Shown here piece by piece: positions 26,830-38,130 of a stretch of DNA of 64,000 nt (position 1 is its first letter; each line of letters starts with the position of its first letter). Position numbers and translations under genes: made by a program. Below the pieces are notes generated by a model that was not told where the DNA came from, did not search any database, and saw only the letters and a program-made list of their open reading frames with translations. The stretch is taken from positions 59,978,529 through 60,042,528 of the forward strand of contig NC_068986.1 of NCBI RefSeq assembly GCF_001194135.2. Reading direction: 5' to 3'. The DNA comes from Octopus bimaculoides (Eukaryota).

Positions 26830-27204
26830 AAGTCCCTTCAAGACATATAGTGTTGAAAAACACTGTATTCCTCAAAATCAAACCAGGTGAAACAAATTGC
26901 CCTATAGGTGAATGAGAATGGTAGATATAGATATACTTGAGTAATCCTGTATATGCAAACACCATAAAATTGATCTACTGGTGTGCAACAGTGCCATGCA
27001 AGCAAAAAATCTTACACTATTTGTATCTACCTCAGACCACTGATTTGAATTTATTTTGAAGGTGACTCAAGAATACATTACAGATGAGCTGAAATAACAG
27101 TGAAATATCTATATCTACCATTCTCATTCATCTACAGGACAATTTGTTTCACCTGATTCTGAGGTGTACAGTGCTTATTAACACTCTACATCCTAAAAGG
27201 ACTT
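26830..27204. mobile_element. Foldback MITE (~115-bp imperfect arms)
   Basis: AAGTCC...CACTGTATTCCTCAAAATCAAACCAGGTGAAACAAATTGCCCTATAGGTGAATGAGAATGGTAGATATAGATAT pairs with ATATCTATATCTACCATTCTCATTCATCTACAGGACAATTTGTTTCACCTGATTCTGAGGTGTACAGTG...GGACTT. Confidence 0.8.
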
Positions 27205-27244
27205 CTCTTGGACAAAACATTGCAACTGAATAGTGTTTAATTTT

Positions 27245-27450
27245 TATGTTACCATATTTCTGTTGAGATGCTCTGTGTTTTGTTCAATTAATTTTAAATA
27301 TAACAAAGAATTTAGTAAAATAACTTAGTTATCATTAAGCAAGTGTTAGGTACATAAATTGTGTCTAAGGTTTGGTGAAAGATTTTAATTCAGAACTTTT
27401 GAAAACAAGACATTTGTACTACAGAGCCAGAGATGGTTTCAGCTGGGTTA
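27245..27450 (+). mobile_element. piggyBac-like (TTAA) MITE remnant; related copy at 43575-43830
   Basis: Shared CATATTTCT...TTCAATTAATTTT...ATTTAGTAAAATAACTT...CATAAATT; ends GGGTTAA here and GGTATCAAAAGAATTA in the 43.8-kb copy. Confidence 0.5.
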
Positions 27451-28147
27451 AACAAAAGCACATACAGTAAGTATGTGACATCTATCATGTTTACATTATT
27501 AGAGCTGCTTCTAACTCAGAATTTAATGTTATATATTTAGACACACACACACACACACACACACATGTATGTATGTATGTATGCATGCATGTATGTATGC
27601 ATGCATGTATGTATGTATGTATGTATGTATGTGTGTGTGTATGATTATATGTATGCATGTATGTATGAATGTATGCATGCATGTATGTGTGTGTATGTAT
27701 GTATGTATGTATGTATGTATGTATGTGTGTGTATACATATAATTTAGAATTAAATGGATGTAACAAAACTGAAAATTGAAATACAGGAATATTTCAAAGA
27801 AATATGATCTCTGCCTCTCTCATTTCACCCCTTACTTCTATTCATTGATATACATACCTTTTCTCATATTCACCTTAACACTCATTCACTCTCTCACACG
27901 GACAATAAACAAACCCTTAGACTTGTCCATTCCAAAGAAATATGTTTCTGAATGAGAATTATTAAAATATGCTGAATGAAATACTTTTGTTCAACAATAA
28001 ATATATGGAGATATTAAGCATATATCGAATTGAAAGTGGTGCTTCCATATAATTTATGTTATTCTTGAAATATATTTGTGTGTATATACAGCTATATGTG
28101 AACAAATATATACATACATGAGTGTGCATGTGTGTGTGTGTGTGTAT

Positions 28148-28487
28148 TCTTTTACTTGTTTCAGTCAGTTGACCGCAGCCATACTGGAGCACCACCTTTA
28201 GTCAGACAAATCAACCCCAGGGCTTATTTTTTGTAAGCCTAATACTTATTCTATCGGTCTATTTTTGCCAGATTTCTAAGTTATGGAAATGTAAACACAC
28301 CAACATCGGTTGTCAAGTGATTGTGTGGAGACAAACATAGATATATATATATATATATATATATATATTACTAATGATAATAATGATAATAAATAGTCCT
28401 CATCCAATTATAATGCGAGAGAGTTAGGGGTTGACGATTCAACCCCCTCAACCCCTAACTCTCTCGCACTATATATATATATACATG

Positions 28488-28522
<35 letters not shown>

Positions 28523-28690
28523 GGCTTCTTTCAGTTTCCATCTACCAAATCCACTCACAAGGCTTTGGCTTTGGTCAGCCTGAGACTGTATTAGAAGACA
28601 CTTGCCCAAGATGCCATGCAGTGAGACTGAACCCAGAACCATGCGGTTGGGAAACGAGTTTCTTATCACACGGCCACACCTGTGCCCACT
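28148..28690 (-). mobile_element. tRNA-derived SINE interrupted by microsatellites and a hairpin
   Basis: Same head and body as 57360-57755. Confidence 0.7.
28409..28473. repeat. 65-bp palindromic insert (perfect 21-bp stem)
   Basis: TGCGAGAGAGTTAGGGGTTGA (28414-28434) and TCAACCCCTAACTCTCTCGCA (28448-28468); TATA on both sides. Confidence 0.85.
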
Positions 28691-30013
28691 TAGTTTTAGA
28701 ATGGTGGCAGCTGATGAAGGAAATGTTCTCTATGTAGCCTGTGTGTTTTCTGTACTCTGTTTATCATTTTGTCCACGTTTATTTGCAACATCCTGTATCC
28801 AGATATCTATCTATATATACATGTAGATGTAGGTATGTACATACATGTACGTATATATGCATATACTCACATATTANNNNNNNNNNNNNNNNNNNNNNNN
28901 NNNNNNNNNNNNNNNNNNNNNNNNNNNNNNNNNNNNNNNNNNNNNNNNNNNNNNNNNNNNNNNNNNNNNNNNNNNNNNNNNNNNNNNNNNNNNNNNNNNN
29001 NNNNNNNNNNNNNNNNNNNNNNNNNNNNNNNNNNNNNNNNNNNNNNNNNNNNNNNNNNNNNNNNNNNNNNNNNNNNNNNNNNNNNNNNNNNNNNNNNNNN
29101 NNNNNNNNNNNNNNNNNNNNNNNNNNNNNNNNNNNNNNNNNNNNNNNNNNNNNNNNNNNNNNNNNNNNNNNNNNNNNNNNNNNNNNNNNNNNNNNNNNNN
29201 NNNNNNNNNNNNNNNNNNNNNNNNNNNNNNNNNNNNNNNNNNNNNNNNNNNNNNNNNNNNNNNNNNNNNNNNNNNNNNNNNNNNNNNNNNNNNNNNNNNN
29301 NNNNNNNNNNNNNNNNNNNNNNNNNNNNNNNNNNNNNNNNNNNNNNNNNNNNNNNNNNNNNNNNNNNNNNNNNNNNNNNNNNNNNNNNNNNNNNNNNNNN
29401 NNNNNNNNNNNNNNNNNNNNNNNNNNNNNNNNNNNNNNNNNNNNNNNNNNNNNNNNNNNNNNNNNNNNATATATATATATATATATACATGAGTGTGTGC
29501 GTGTGTGTAAGTTTGTATTCTTGTTATTGTTTATTTTATGGAATCATAAATAAAAGTCATTAAAAAATGAAATCTTGATCAAAATTTTTGACTAAAGGAA
29601 ATGTAATGATAGGGACAATTATAAGTATATAGATGCATACTCACACACATATATACATGTGAATGTGTGTATAAATACACATATACAGACAAAGACATAA
29701 TCGCATGTATGTGTGTGTATATATATATGTACATGTGAATGTATATATATGTATATGTGTAGGTATGCATAAATTTACATATATTCTCTTACATACTCTC
29801 TCACACACACACACACTCTCTTACACACATACATGCACAAATACACAGTACATATATTGCATACAACTACATTCATACATGTGTGTAAAGAGTGAGATGG
29901 AGAGGAGTTTGCACAGAAATGAGAAAAATATATCAGGTCATGTCAATCCCCGTAAATAAGTTTTATGTAAAAGAAAGAAAGAAAGAATAAACTGAATATT
30001 TAAAAACACTTAC

Positions 30014-30248
30014 CAGGAAATATGAAGATTCCAGACTGCAATATTTTGTAATCCAAATCTTTTAATCCTTTTGGAAGGTTTATTTGTCGACGACTGTAAG
30101 AAGAGATTGAGTGCGGACTGGATGGAGTTGATAAACTCTCACCTTCACCAAGTGCCATTTCATCCAATAAAGACAAAGATCCTGAGGAATTGAAAAGACA
30201 GGAATGACCAGAATCGATTCTACCCTGAGACATGACAGTACTCTTCAT
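30014..30248 (-). CDS. Exon of ARHGEF40/PLEKHG4(B)-like RhoGEF gene, start of SEC14/CRAL-TRIO-like region (5' boundary 30224 or 30248)
   Basis: Ends LKDLDYKILQSGIFIFP-G with a perfect donor G|GTAAGT at 30013 (phase 1). Resembles the recalled xxLxSGxxxLPG(TRD) motif opening the SEC14-like domain of ARHGEF40/PLEKHG4B. Phase-0 acceptor ctcag|GGT at 30224. Confidence 0.65.
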
Positions 30249-30607
30249 ACAAGTAATTCAAAGATTTTGTCGCACATTATTTAATTTGTCAATAAACCCG
30301 TTTACATATAAATTTTGACCGTACTTGTGTTTTGGGGTTTTTTTTTTTTTTTGCAATATGTCTATTTGTCCATCTATCTGGATAGCTATCTACCCTGTAA
30401 TTTTAAGCAGAACAACTTAGATTAACTGAAAACGCCCAGTTTGTCAGATATTTGAAAAAACAAAAATAAGAAACAGCGAGAAACCAGTGAATACATGTAG
30501 AGTAATATGTATGTATAACAGTCTCTCAACAGAAGAAAACCAAGGGTAAGCAAAGGAACAGTCCTGGGGAATTTCTGTGTGTGTGCGTGTAGGCTGTCTC
30601 CACTTAC

Positions 30608-30637
30608 AGTCAGCATGACTATTGGGAAGTATAGCAT
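30608..30637 (-). CDS. Candidate alternative first coding exon (MLYFPIVMLT)
   Basis: ATG at 30637, ten codons, then ACT|GTAAGT (phase 0), compatible with the phase-0 acceptor at 30224. Confidence 0.3.
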
Positions 30638-32042
30638 ATGACTACACTCCCACTACCACTTGAACATAAATATAAGAACCATTTCAACATACATCACTGG
30701 TAAACTGACTGCCCCCTAAAGCACTGTTTTAAATAATTTACATGACATGGAGATAGCAAAAGCCTTTACCACCCAAATACCTCCCCCACACTATCAAGTT
30801 GATTACCAGTTAAGGGGGTGCTACTATCAGTAGATAGGGATGAACTGGGTGGAAGGTATCTTAGTGGAAACTAAATTTACCATAAAGAAACAAAAATTAA
30901 ATATATATGTATATATACAGTTACAGCTTGACTGGATATAGAAACATTATAGGAAGCAGGAATCTGTAATTAGTCACTAATTGCAGTCTGACAACTGATA
31001 TAATCATTGACATAGAGAAAGTTAAAAGTATATACAATGATCAAATGTTTAATGTTGATTTTGTTTTCTTGTTTTTCAATAAATTAGTTATAATCATTTA
31101 AAAATAATAATAACCAAATAAAAAAAAAACATCAAAACCAATGAAATATTAATTCAAATTGTTAGCAGCTGAGAATAAAACAGAATGGCATGAAATACTA
31201 CGCTAAAGAAAATATATACATTTAATTCAGAAAAACCATTATTTTTATTCTTATTCTACTTCTCAGACATCCAATACTGATGATATTAATAGTTTGATCT
31301 ACTTCAAAGAAAACGATTTTAAATACCTTTGGATGATGTCCAATTGAATTTGCAATGTAAAAAATATTTGATAGCTTTTAAATTACAAGAAAAAGTTATA
31401 GACAAAAATTGGTTTTAGTCTTTTAAATAAAAGAGTACTGTTTTTTGTTTCTTTACTTCTTTGTAATCAATCTACTGATCATACATATATTTAAAATCAA
31501 AAGTGGTAAGAAAAAGTAGAGTAGACCTACAGTATACAAAAAGTTATAATGATTTGCTAATATTTTGTATCTGCCCATAACATTGCTATTGTAGATTGAA
31601 ACTGTTTGCACAAGTGTCATATCCAGTGCCAATATTGCAGTTTTCTGTCATTGAATTATAGCAGTAACTTATCCAAAAGATATTTGACAATTTTCCCTTC
31701 TCTATAAGAATGTTATAAACTATTTCAAGTGCAATGCTTTTTTTTTTTTATATATATATACTAGACCGTCTACAAGAAGATACTTCACTACAATAGTTGT
31801 CTAAGAAGGATTTTGAGCGCAGAATGTACAGTGCCAGAACAGATACCTCAATAATTTAAAAAACTTACTGCCCTTGTCTGGTACTTTATTTATTGACCCT
31901 GAAAGAATGAAAAATAAATTTGACATGGGTAGGATTTGAACTTAAACAAATATCCACAAAACCCTCAATAAGTGGAAATAAACAATAATAAATGATGTGG
32001 AGTCAAAAAGAGGTTGAAAGAAGATTCAAAAGATGTACCTAC

Positions 32043-32691
32043 CATCAAAGTTCATCAATTTATCAGTATCAGCCAGATTAGCCTCATCTTCTTCAACTCC
32101 TCGATGGATCAATGGCTGTTCTGGATCACCTGGAAGAGTAGCAGGTGGATTGGACACAAGGTCATCCCATCTTAAGCACCGGATACTATCTTCAGCGGTC
32201 AGCAAACATCTCTGAAATAAGTTGCAAATCTCGCTGCGATGTGACATGCTGGAGAGTAGCCAACTTCTTGGCAATATATAAATCTTTGGATTAAATATCC
32301 AAGGAAACAAATCCTCAAGATACTTTCTTGTCAAAAGAGACAGAAAGTTTTTGAATAACAAATCCTGAAAGAGTTTGGTTGACACAAACTGCAAAGTGAA
32401 GTTGTCATCTGCTCTGGGCATCAACTGCCCACAGAATGCTACATCTTGACTAATTTCTCCTGAATGTTGAATGCGTGAACCAGATGACTGTAAAATTTGA
32501 CAGCGGTAAATGTGGTAAATGTTGGAAAGGGTATGAAAATAGTCATAGCTTGAATTACAAAAATACCAAATTGTTGTTAACTTATATGGAAATCTTCCTA
32601 AATACTTTCCAGTTGTAATATATTTGAGGCTGGTTTCAGATATCAGTGGTTGTGTATAAACATTGATCACACGTGAAGTTGGTGATGAAAT
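32043..32691 (-). CDS. Large coding exon of ARHGEF40/PLEKHG4(B)-like RhoGEF (N-terminal domain)
   Basis: 216 stop-free codons in AT-rich DNA; acceptor tttcag|ATT (phase 0), donor G|GTAGGT (phase 1). CLLTAEDSIRCLRWDDLV parallels recalled ARHGEF40 CLLSAPSGIQRLPWAELI; DNFTLQFV parallels DFYLQVV. Confidence 0.75.
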
Positions 32692-33596
32692 CTGAAACAA
32701 AATTAAATTTTGTTTAGCACATTTAAATTGTGACAAGACTTTTTGGTTTTAATTTGCAAATACAGTTTCATAAAACTGTTTGTGACAAATGTATTAGTTA
32801 TGAAGCAAGGCAACCAGCAGACTCCTGCTGCAATAATGACAATAGAAACATTTTTTTAATTATTTAATTCAACAAAATAGGATTACATATATTCTGTGAA
32901 AATGTTCTATAGATTTCTGAGTGAGGTATATAGATTATTATCATTATCATTATTATTTTTGTGGTTGTTGTTATTTATTCCTCAGGTTAGCTCAGGCTGA
33001 GCAGAGCTATGATCAAAATGGCCCAAGGAATGATGGCTCTATCTTTTATTACATATAAGTTGACATTACCCAAAGAGCCATCCATTTTTTTAAAGATGGC
33101 AGACTATGATAAATTGTAACCTATCATCTTAATGGAGATTTGGCCAGACTTTTCAACAGGCTAAATAGCTACATAAAAGCTACCTTCATTGGCCAAATTA
33201 ATCTACATGAAATAAAAATTTAGCATAGCTGATATTTTGTTTCAAATATCCAGAATATATTAGAGTATGAGAGCAATTCTCTGTTTTTTAGAATGCAGTT
33301 GTCAAACTCAAGTTAGCTCTGAATGAAAATATTCCAATCATGCTCATCCCAACTGTTTTTCAGGCATAATGTAAATCAGGTAACACTTTCCAATGTGTCC
33401 TTTCTTATGATATTAGTAATGCTCCATTAGAAGTCTGGAAGGTGCAACATAGATAGTATTTGTAAAAAATAGCATTCTGCCTGAACTACATTATAATATA
33501 TAATTTCCTAAATACCTTGCCTAAACTGGAGTATGTTCTGTAGTGTATGTCTCTAATTAACTAGAAATATCTTACACACATACCTATGTGTGCGAG

Positions 33597-33653
<57 letters not shown>

Positions 33654-35379
33654 ATGCGTGTGTGCATGTATGTGCATGTGTTAATTTCCATCACACTCTT
33701 TTGAAACTGAAGCACTTTTACATTATATGACACAGAAATTACAGAGAGGATTGGTTATCATAAGCTAATTACTATTTCCATTTACATCATGTCTTTCTAT
33801 GAAGCCAGCACAATAATTTAGCATTCCTTTAGCTTCATAATATTGATGTGATGTTGTGTGAGATACAAATATACTTTCAAATATCTTCTATAATTTAGAG
33901 TTTTGTTCATGAAATTTATGATGTATCATGCTTCTTAAATTTGAGGGAGATTTGACTGTTATTTTTTTCATGTCAAATATGGGGTTGGATCAACAGAAGA
34001 AGCAACAAGGGCTAGTAATTTTCAATCAAAAAATTCTAGTGTGGGATAGCTTTCATAACTGATTTGGGCCCTCAACTTCTGAAGAAGCTGTAGGGGTGCT
34101 GTTGTGATATTCATCATGTCTTTATTTTAGGAATTCTTAAATCAGATGGAATCCATCCTTCTCCAAGTATGACCACAGATGATTTAATCCACACAAAAAA
34201 AAGCAACAGACAGCAACAGAGAAAGCAAGAGAGAAAGAAAAGAGTTGACCACAGTATAGAACTAGTACTTTATCAATCCTGAATGGATGAAAGGCGAAGT
34301 TAACCTCAGCAGTATCTGAACTCACAATGCAGAGATTAAAATAAATCCTTAAAGTAATCTATGCTCTAACAATTCACCCAATTTGCCTTCATTGCTTTCA
34401 TAATATCAAACATGAAGTGAGAGATAGTTACCAGCAGTAACAATGAATGAGGTTTGTGGCACAAATGTCTTTCTCAAAGAAATGCCATTAAGAACATTTG
34501 AACATATGAATTTTCAATAAGAAACTCAATAATTTTGATGCATTTGTTGCCTCCTCCTCATCAAAATACCTTTTCCAAGACACAATATTATTTTCTTTTA
34601 GGTATCTCAGTAATTGTATGCCAATATAGAATTTCATGTTTTGCTACATTCAAACCAGTAATATACTGGAAGTTAAAAATTTATATGAGGAAAATATTAT
34701 GAACATTAGTATCAATGGCTGATACTAATCAAAATAGAATAGCATATGACTCATATATAGACACAGAAATCTAAGGAAGAACAGCAGTTGATTAAATTGA
34801 CCCCAGCTCTTGGCTGATACTTTACTTTATCCACCTTGGAAAGATGACAGGCAAAGTAGACTTCAGTAAAATTTGTTTTTGGAATGTAAAGAACTGGAGC
34901 AAATACCACAAAGCATTTTGTGTGACACATGATTTTATCAGTTGAATGCTTACAAAAATAATAATAATAATTGCTTTATTATTCATTATTAAGCAAAATT
35001 GACCTCAGAAGGATTTAGCTCTTTATGTTCTGAGTTCAAATCCTGATGAATTCAACTTTGCCTTTCATTCTTATGGATTCTCTAAAATAAGTACCAGTCA
35101 AGTATTGGGATTGATGGTGCTGACTAATACACTTGCCTAAAAAGTTGTTGACCATGTGCCCTGTAATAGAAACCATGATTATTACTATTAGGCACAACAT
35201 CAGAAATTTGGGAGAGGAGAACAGTTGATTATATTGATTCTATAGTTGTATGTACCATATTTTTATCAACCCCAGATATATGAAATGTAAAGTAGACCTT
35301 TGTGGAATTTGAACTCAGAATATAAAGAGCCAAAATAAATATAAGAAAGATTTTACAGTTCTATATTTAAGAGATGAGG

Positions 35380-35638
35380 AATTATGTACATTATTTACAT
35401 TATTTGATGGATATTTTCCCTCATCTTGTTTGTTGTTAACACAACGTTTTGGCTGATATACCCTCCATCCTTTATCAGGTGTCTTGGGGAAATTTTGAAC
35501 CTTAGGAATGAGAACCCAGGTTCGAAATTTCTCCAAGATACCTGATGAAGGCTGGAGGGTCTATCAACCGAAACGTTACGTTAACAACAAACAACATGAG
35601 GAAAAATATCCGTCAAATGTAAATAATGTAAATAATGC
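35380..35638. mobile_element. Head-to-head (inverted) PLE pseudo-LTR fragments carrying minimal hammerhead motifs
   Basis: Arms 35380-35502 and 35518-35638 are reverse complements. Plus-strand CTGATGA-AGGCTGG...CAACC-GAAACGTT at 35542-35577; minus-strand copy at 35438-35483. Confidence 0.8.
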
Positions 35639-35674
35639 AGAAAGATTTTGTCTGATTTTGACAACTCACCCTCT

Positions 35675-35728
<54 letters not shown>

Positions 35729-36419
35729 AGGATGATGTCTTATTTGAAGACAAAGTACAAATAATAACCAATTACTCTTTTTTTTTTTTTNNNNNNNNNN
35801 NNNNNNNNNNNNNNNNNNNNNNNNNNNNNNNNNNNNNNNNNNNNNNNNNNNNNNNNNNNNNNNNNNNNNNNNNNNNNNNNNNNNNNNNNNNNNNNNNNNN
35901 NNNNNNNNNNNNNNNNNNNNNNNNNNNNNNNNNNNNNNNNNNNNNNNNNNNNNNNNNNNNNNNNNNNNNNNNNNNNNNNNNNNNNNNNNNNNNNNNNNNN
36001 NNNNNNNNNNNNNNNNNNNNNNNNNNNNNNNNNNNNNNNNNNNNNNNNNNNNNNNNNNNNNNNNNNNNNNNNNNNNNNNNNNNNNNNNNNNNNNNNNNNN
36101 NNNNNNNNNNNNNNNNNNNNNNNNNNNNNNNNNNNNNNNNNNNNNNNNNNNNNNNNNNNNNNNNNNNNNNNNNNNNNNNNNNNNNNNNNNNNNNNNNNNN
36201 NNNNNNNNNNNNNNNNNNNNNNNNNNNNNNNNNNNNNNNNNNNNNNNNNNNNNNNNNNNNNNNNNNNNNNNNNNNNNNNNNNNNNNNNNNNNNNNNNNNN
36301 NNNNNNNNNNNNNNNNNNNNNNNNNNNNNNNNNNNNNNNNNNNNNNNNNNNNNNNNNNNNNNNNNNNNNNNNNNNNNNNNNNNNNNNNNNNNNNNNNNNN
36401 NNNNNNNNNNNNNNNNNNN

Positions 36420-36455
<36 letters not shown>

Positions 36456-36479
36456 TATTAGTCTCAGGGTAATCAAAGC

Positions 36480-36523
36480 CTTTCAATTGATTTCATAGAC
36501 AAAAACTGAAAGAAGTTCCTCTT

Positions 36524-36554
<31 letters not shown>

Positions 36555-36780
36555 GTGTGTGTGTGTGCGCATGCACCTGCCAGTGCTTTTCTCCACCACT
36601 GCTTGACAACTATGGCTGGTGTGTCATCCCTGTAACTTAGCAGTTCAATAAGAATGACCAATAGAATAAGTACTAGGCTTAAAACAGAAAGTACAAGGGT
36701 CAATTCATTTGACTGAAATTCTTCAAGGTGGTATGCCAGCATGGCTACAGTCTAATGACAGAAACAAATAAGAGATATAC
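36480..36780 (+). mobile_element. SINE 3' part
   Basis: TTGACAAC...CCCTGTAACTTAGCAGTTC...AATAGAATAAGTACTAGGCTT...GACAGAAACAAATAAGAG is the reverse complement of the 57360-57560 module. Confidence 0.65.
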
Positions 36781-36792
36781 ATATATATATAT

Positions 36793-36838
<46 letters not shown>

Positions 36839-37327
36839 ACACAGAGCAGTTGGCAGGGGTGATAAAACTGAGTTCATGCATGTTAAGCTGTAATACAAAA
36901 TATATAGGTAAAAGAAAGCAATGAGAAAAGGTGATGGGAAAGCTGAGAAAAATGAGAATTTGTGAGACAATATTAGAATGTTTTTTTAATGAATGGCACC
37001 AGCACTAAGTTAGATATATCACTGTGTAACACCCATTCCTTAATTTTGTTTTGCAACAGCATTTAGACATTTTTATCTTTATTTTATCAGTGATTTAAGC
37101 CTGTCTATAGGTAAATGTTGTATAGTGATAATCTTACACCACTCCAGGTGGTGCCCTCAGGAGATTGCATTGTCCCAGTAGAACACCACTAAAGTAGTAA
37201 GTTTAAATGAGTGAGATTGGATGGTGCATCAGATGGGAAAAATAAGATGTCCGGGAGGGGTTGGAGTAAAGCAGTAAAGCAGAAGATAAAAGGAAATATG
37301 TATTGCCATTGCCTTCTGCACACACAT

Positions 37328-37375
<48 letters not shown>

Positions 37376-38130
37376 ACAAGATCTGGATGTGTTTGCATTA
37401 CAATAGTTCTGTATCTCATACTGCAATTCATACTTTAATGCCTAAGATTTCTCCAACTGAAAGTCCTTCCTACTGTCAACTACTCTGAGAATGTTGCTTA
37501 CATGTGGTTATTTTGATAGCTTATTGCTTTTTTTTTTTTTTAACTATGTTACATTTGTTTCCAATTTTTAATAGCTGGTCACCCTCCTCCACTATTAATC
37601 ACTCGGATATAAATTAGGAGAAAAGCCTGTTACTGATTTGGTATATTGAGTGAAGCAGAATGATGTGCATTAACAAGATGTTTGAAATCATGGTATATTT
37701 TTAAATATATTTATGCCTTAGAAGATCAGAATCTATATTTGCAGGTTTTCTAATGCAGCTGGGAGGAGAGAGAGAGATGAAACCACAAACCATCAGATAC
37801 ATTAGAGTGGTATCAGCATAGTTTTCATTTACATGGCTGAAGTTGACTGAAGTTCAAAAACATTTGCCCAAGGAGCTGTACAGTAGGACAAAACTTATAC
37901 ATGTGAGGCAAGCAATTTAACCATGCAGCCATGTCAATGTATCTCATGACTACATTAGAGAAAGAAAATGATAGAATCATAGATTCTATGGAAGTAACAT
38001 AAGGTATGCAAGACTCGGAAGGATAGAAAAGAAAGTGGGTATACTAGAACCTCATTACATTTGGAAAAAATAAAATGAAAACACTATCAAGAGAGCAAGT
38101 AATTGTTTATGATGTGATTGAACAAATCAA

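Noticed and set aside
28705-28800. CTGATGAAGG as a hammerhead core; also CTGATGA near 13776, 31276, 42045, 49110 and 60737
   Set aside because: No correctly placed GAAA or helices. Several are part of (GAT)n repeats or coding relics (DYTDD, CPH).
30258-30394. 43 open codons upstream of an in-frame TGA before the RhoGEF-like exon, with a phase-1 acceptor at 30394 (possible selenocysteine or readthrough)
   Set aside because: The acceptor is followed immediately by TAG, the stretch includes a 15-nt homopolymer, no SECIS is evident, and a phase-0 acceptor at 30224 explains the exon more simply.
37135-37186. 51-nt minus-strand mini-exon candidate (WCSTGTMQSPEGTTWSG, phase 0-0)
   Set aside because: Splice signals are plausible, but the peptide has no recognisable motif and such short matches arise by chance in 64 kb.
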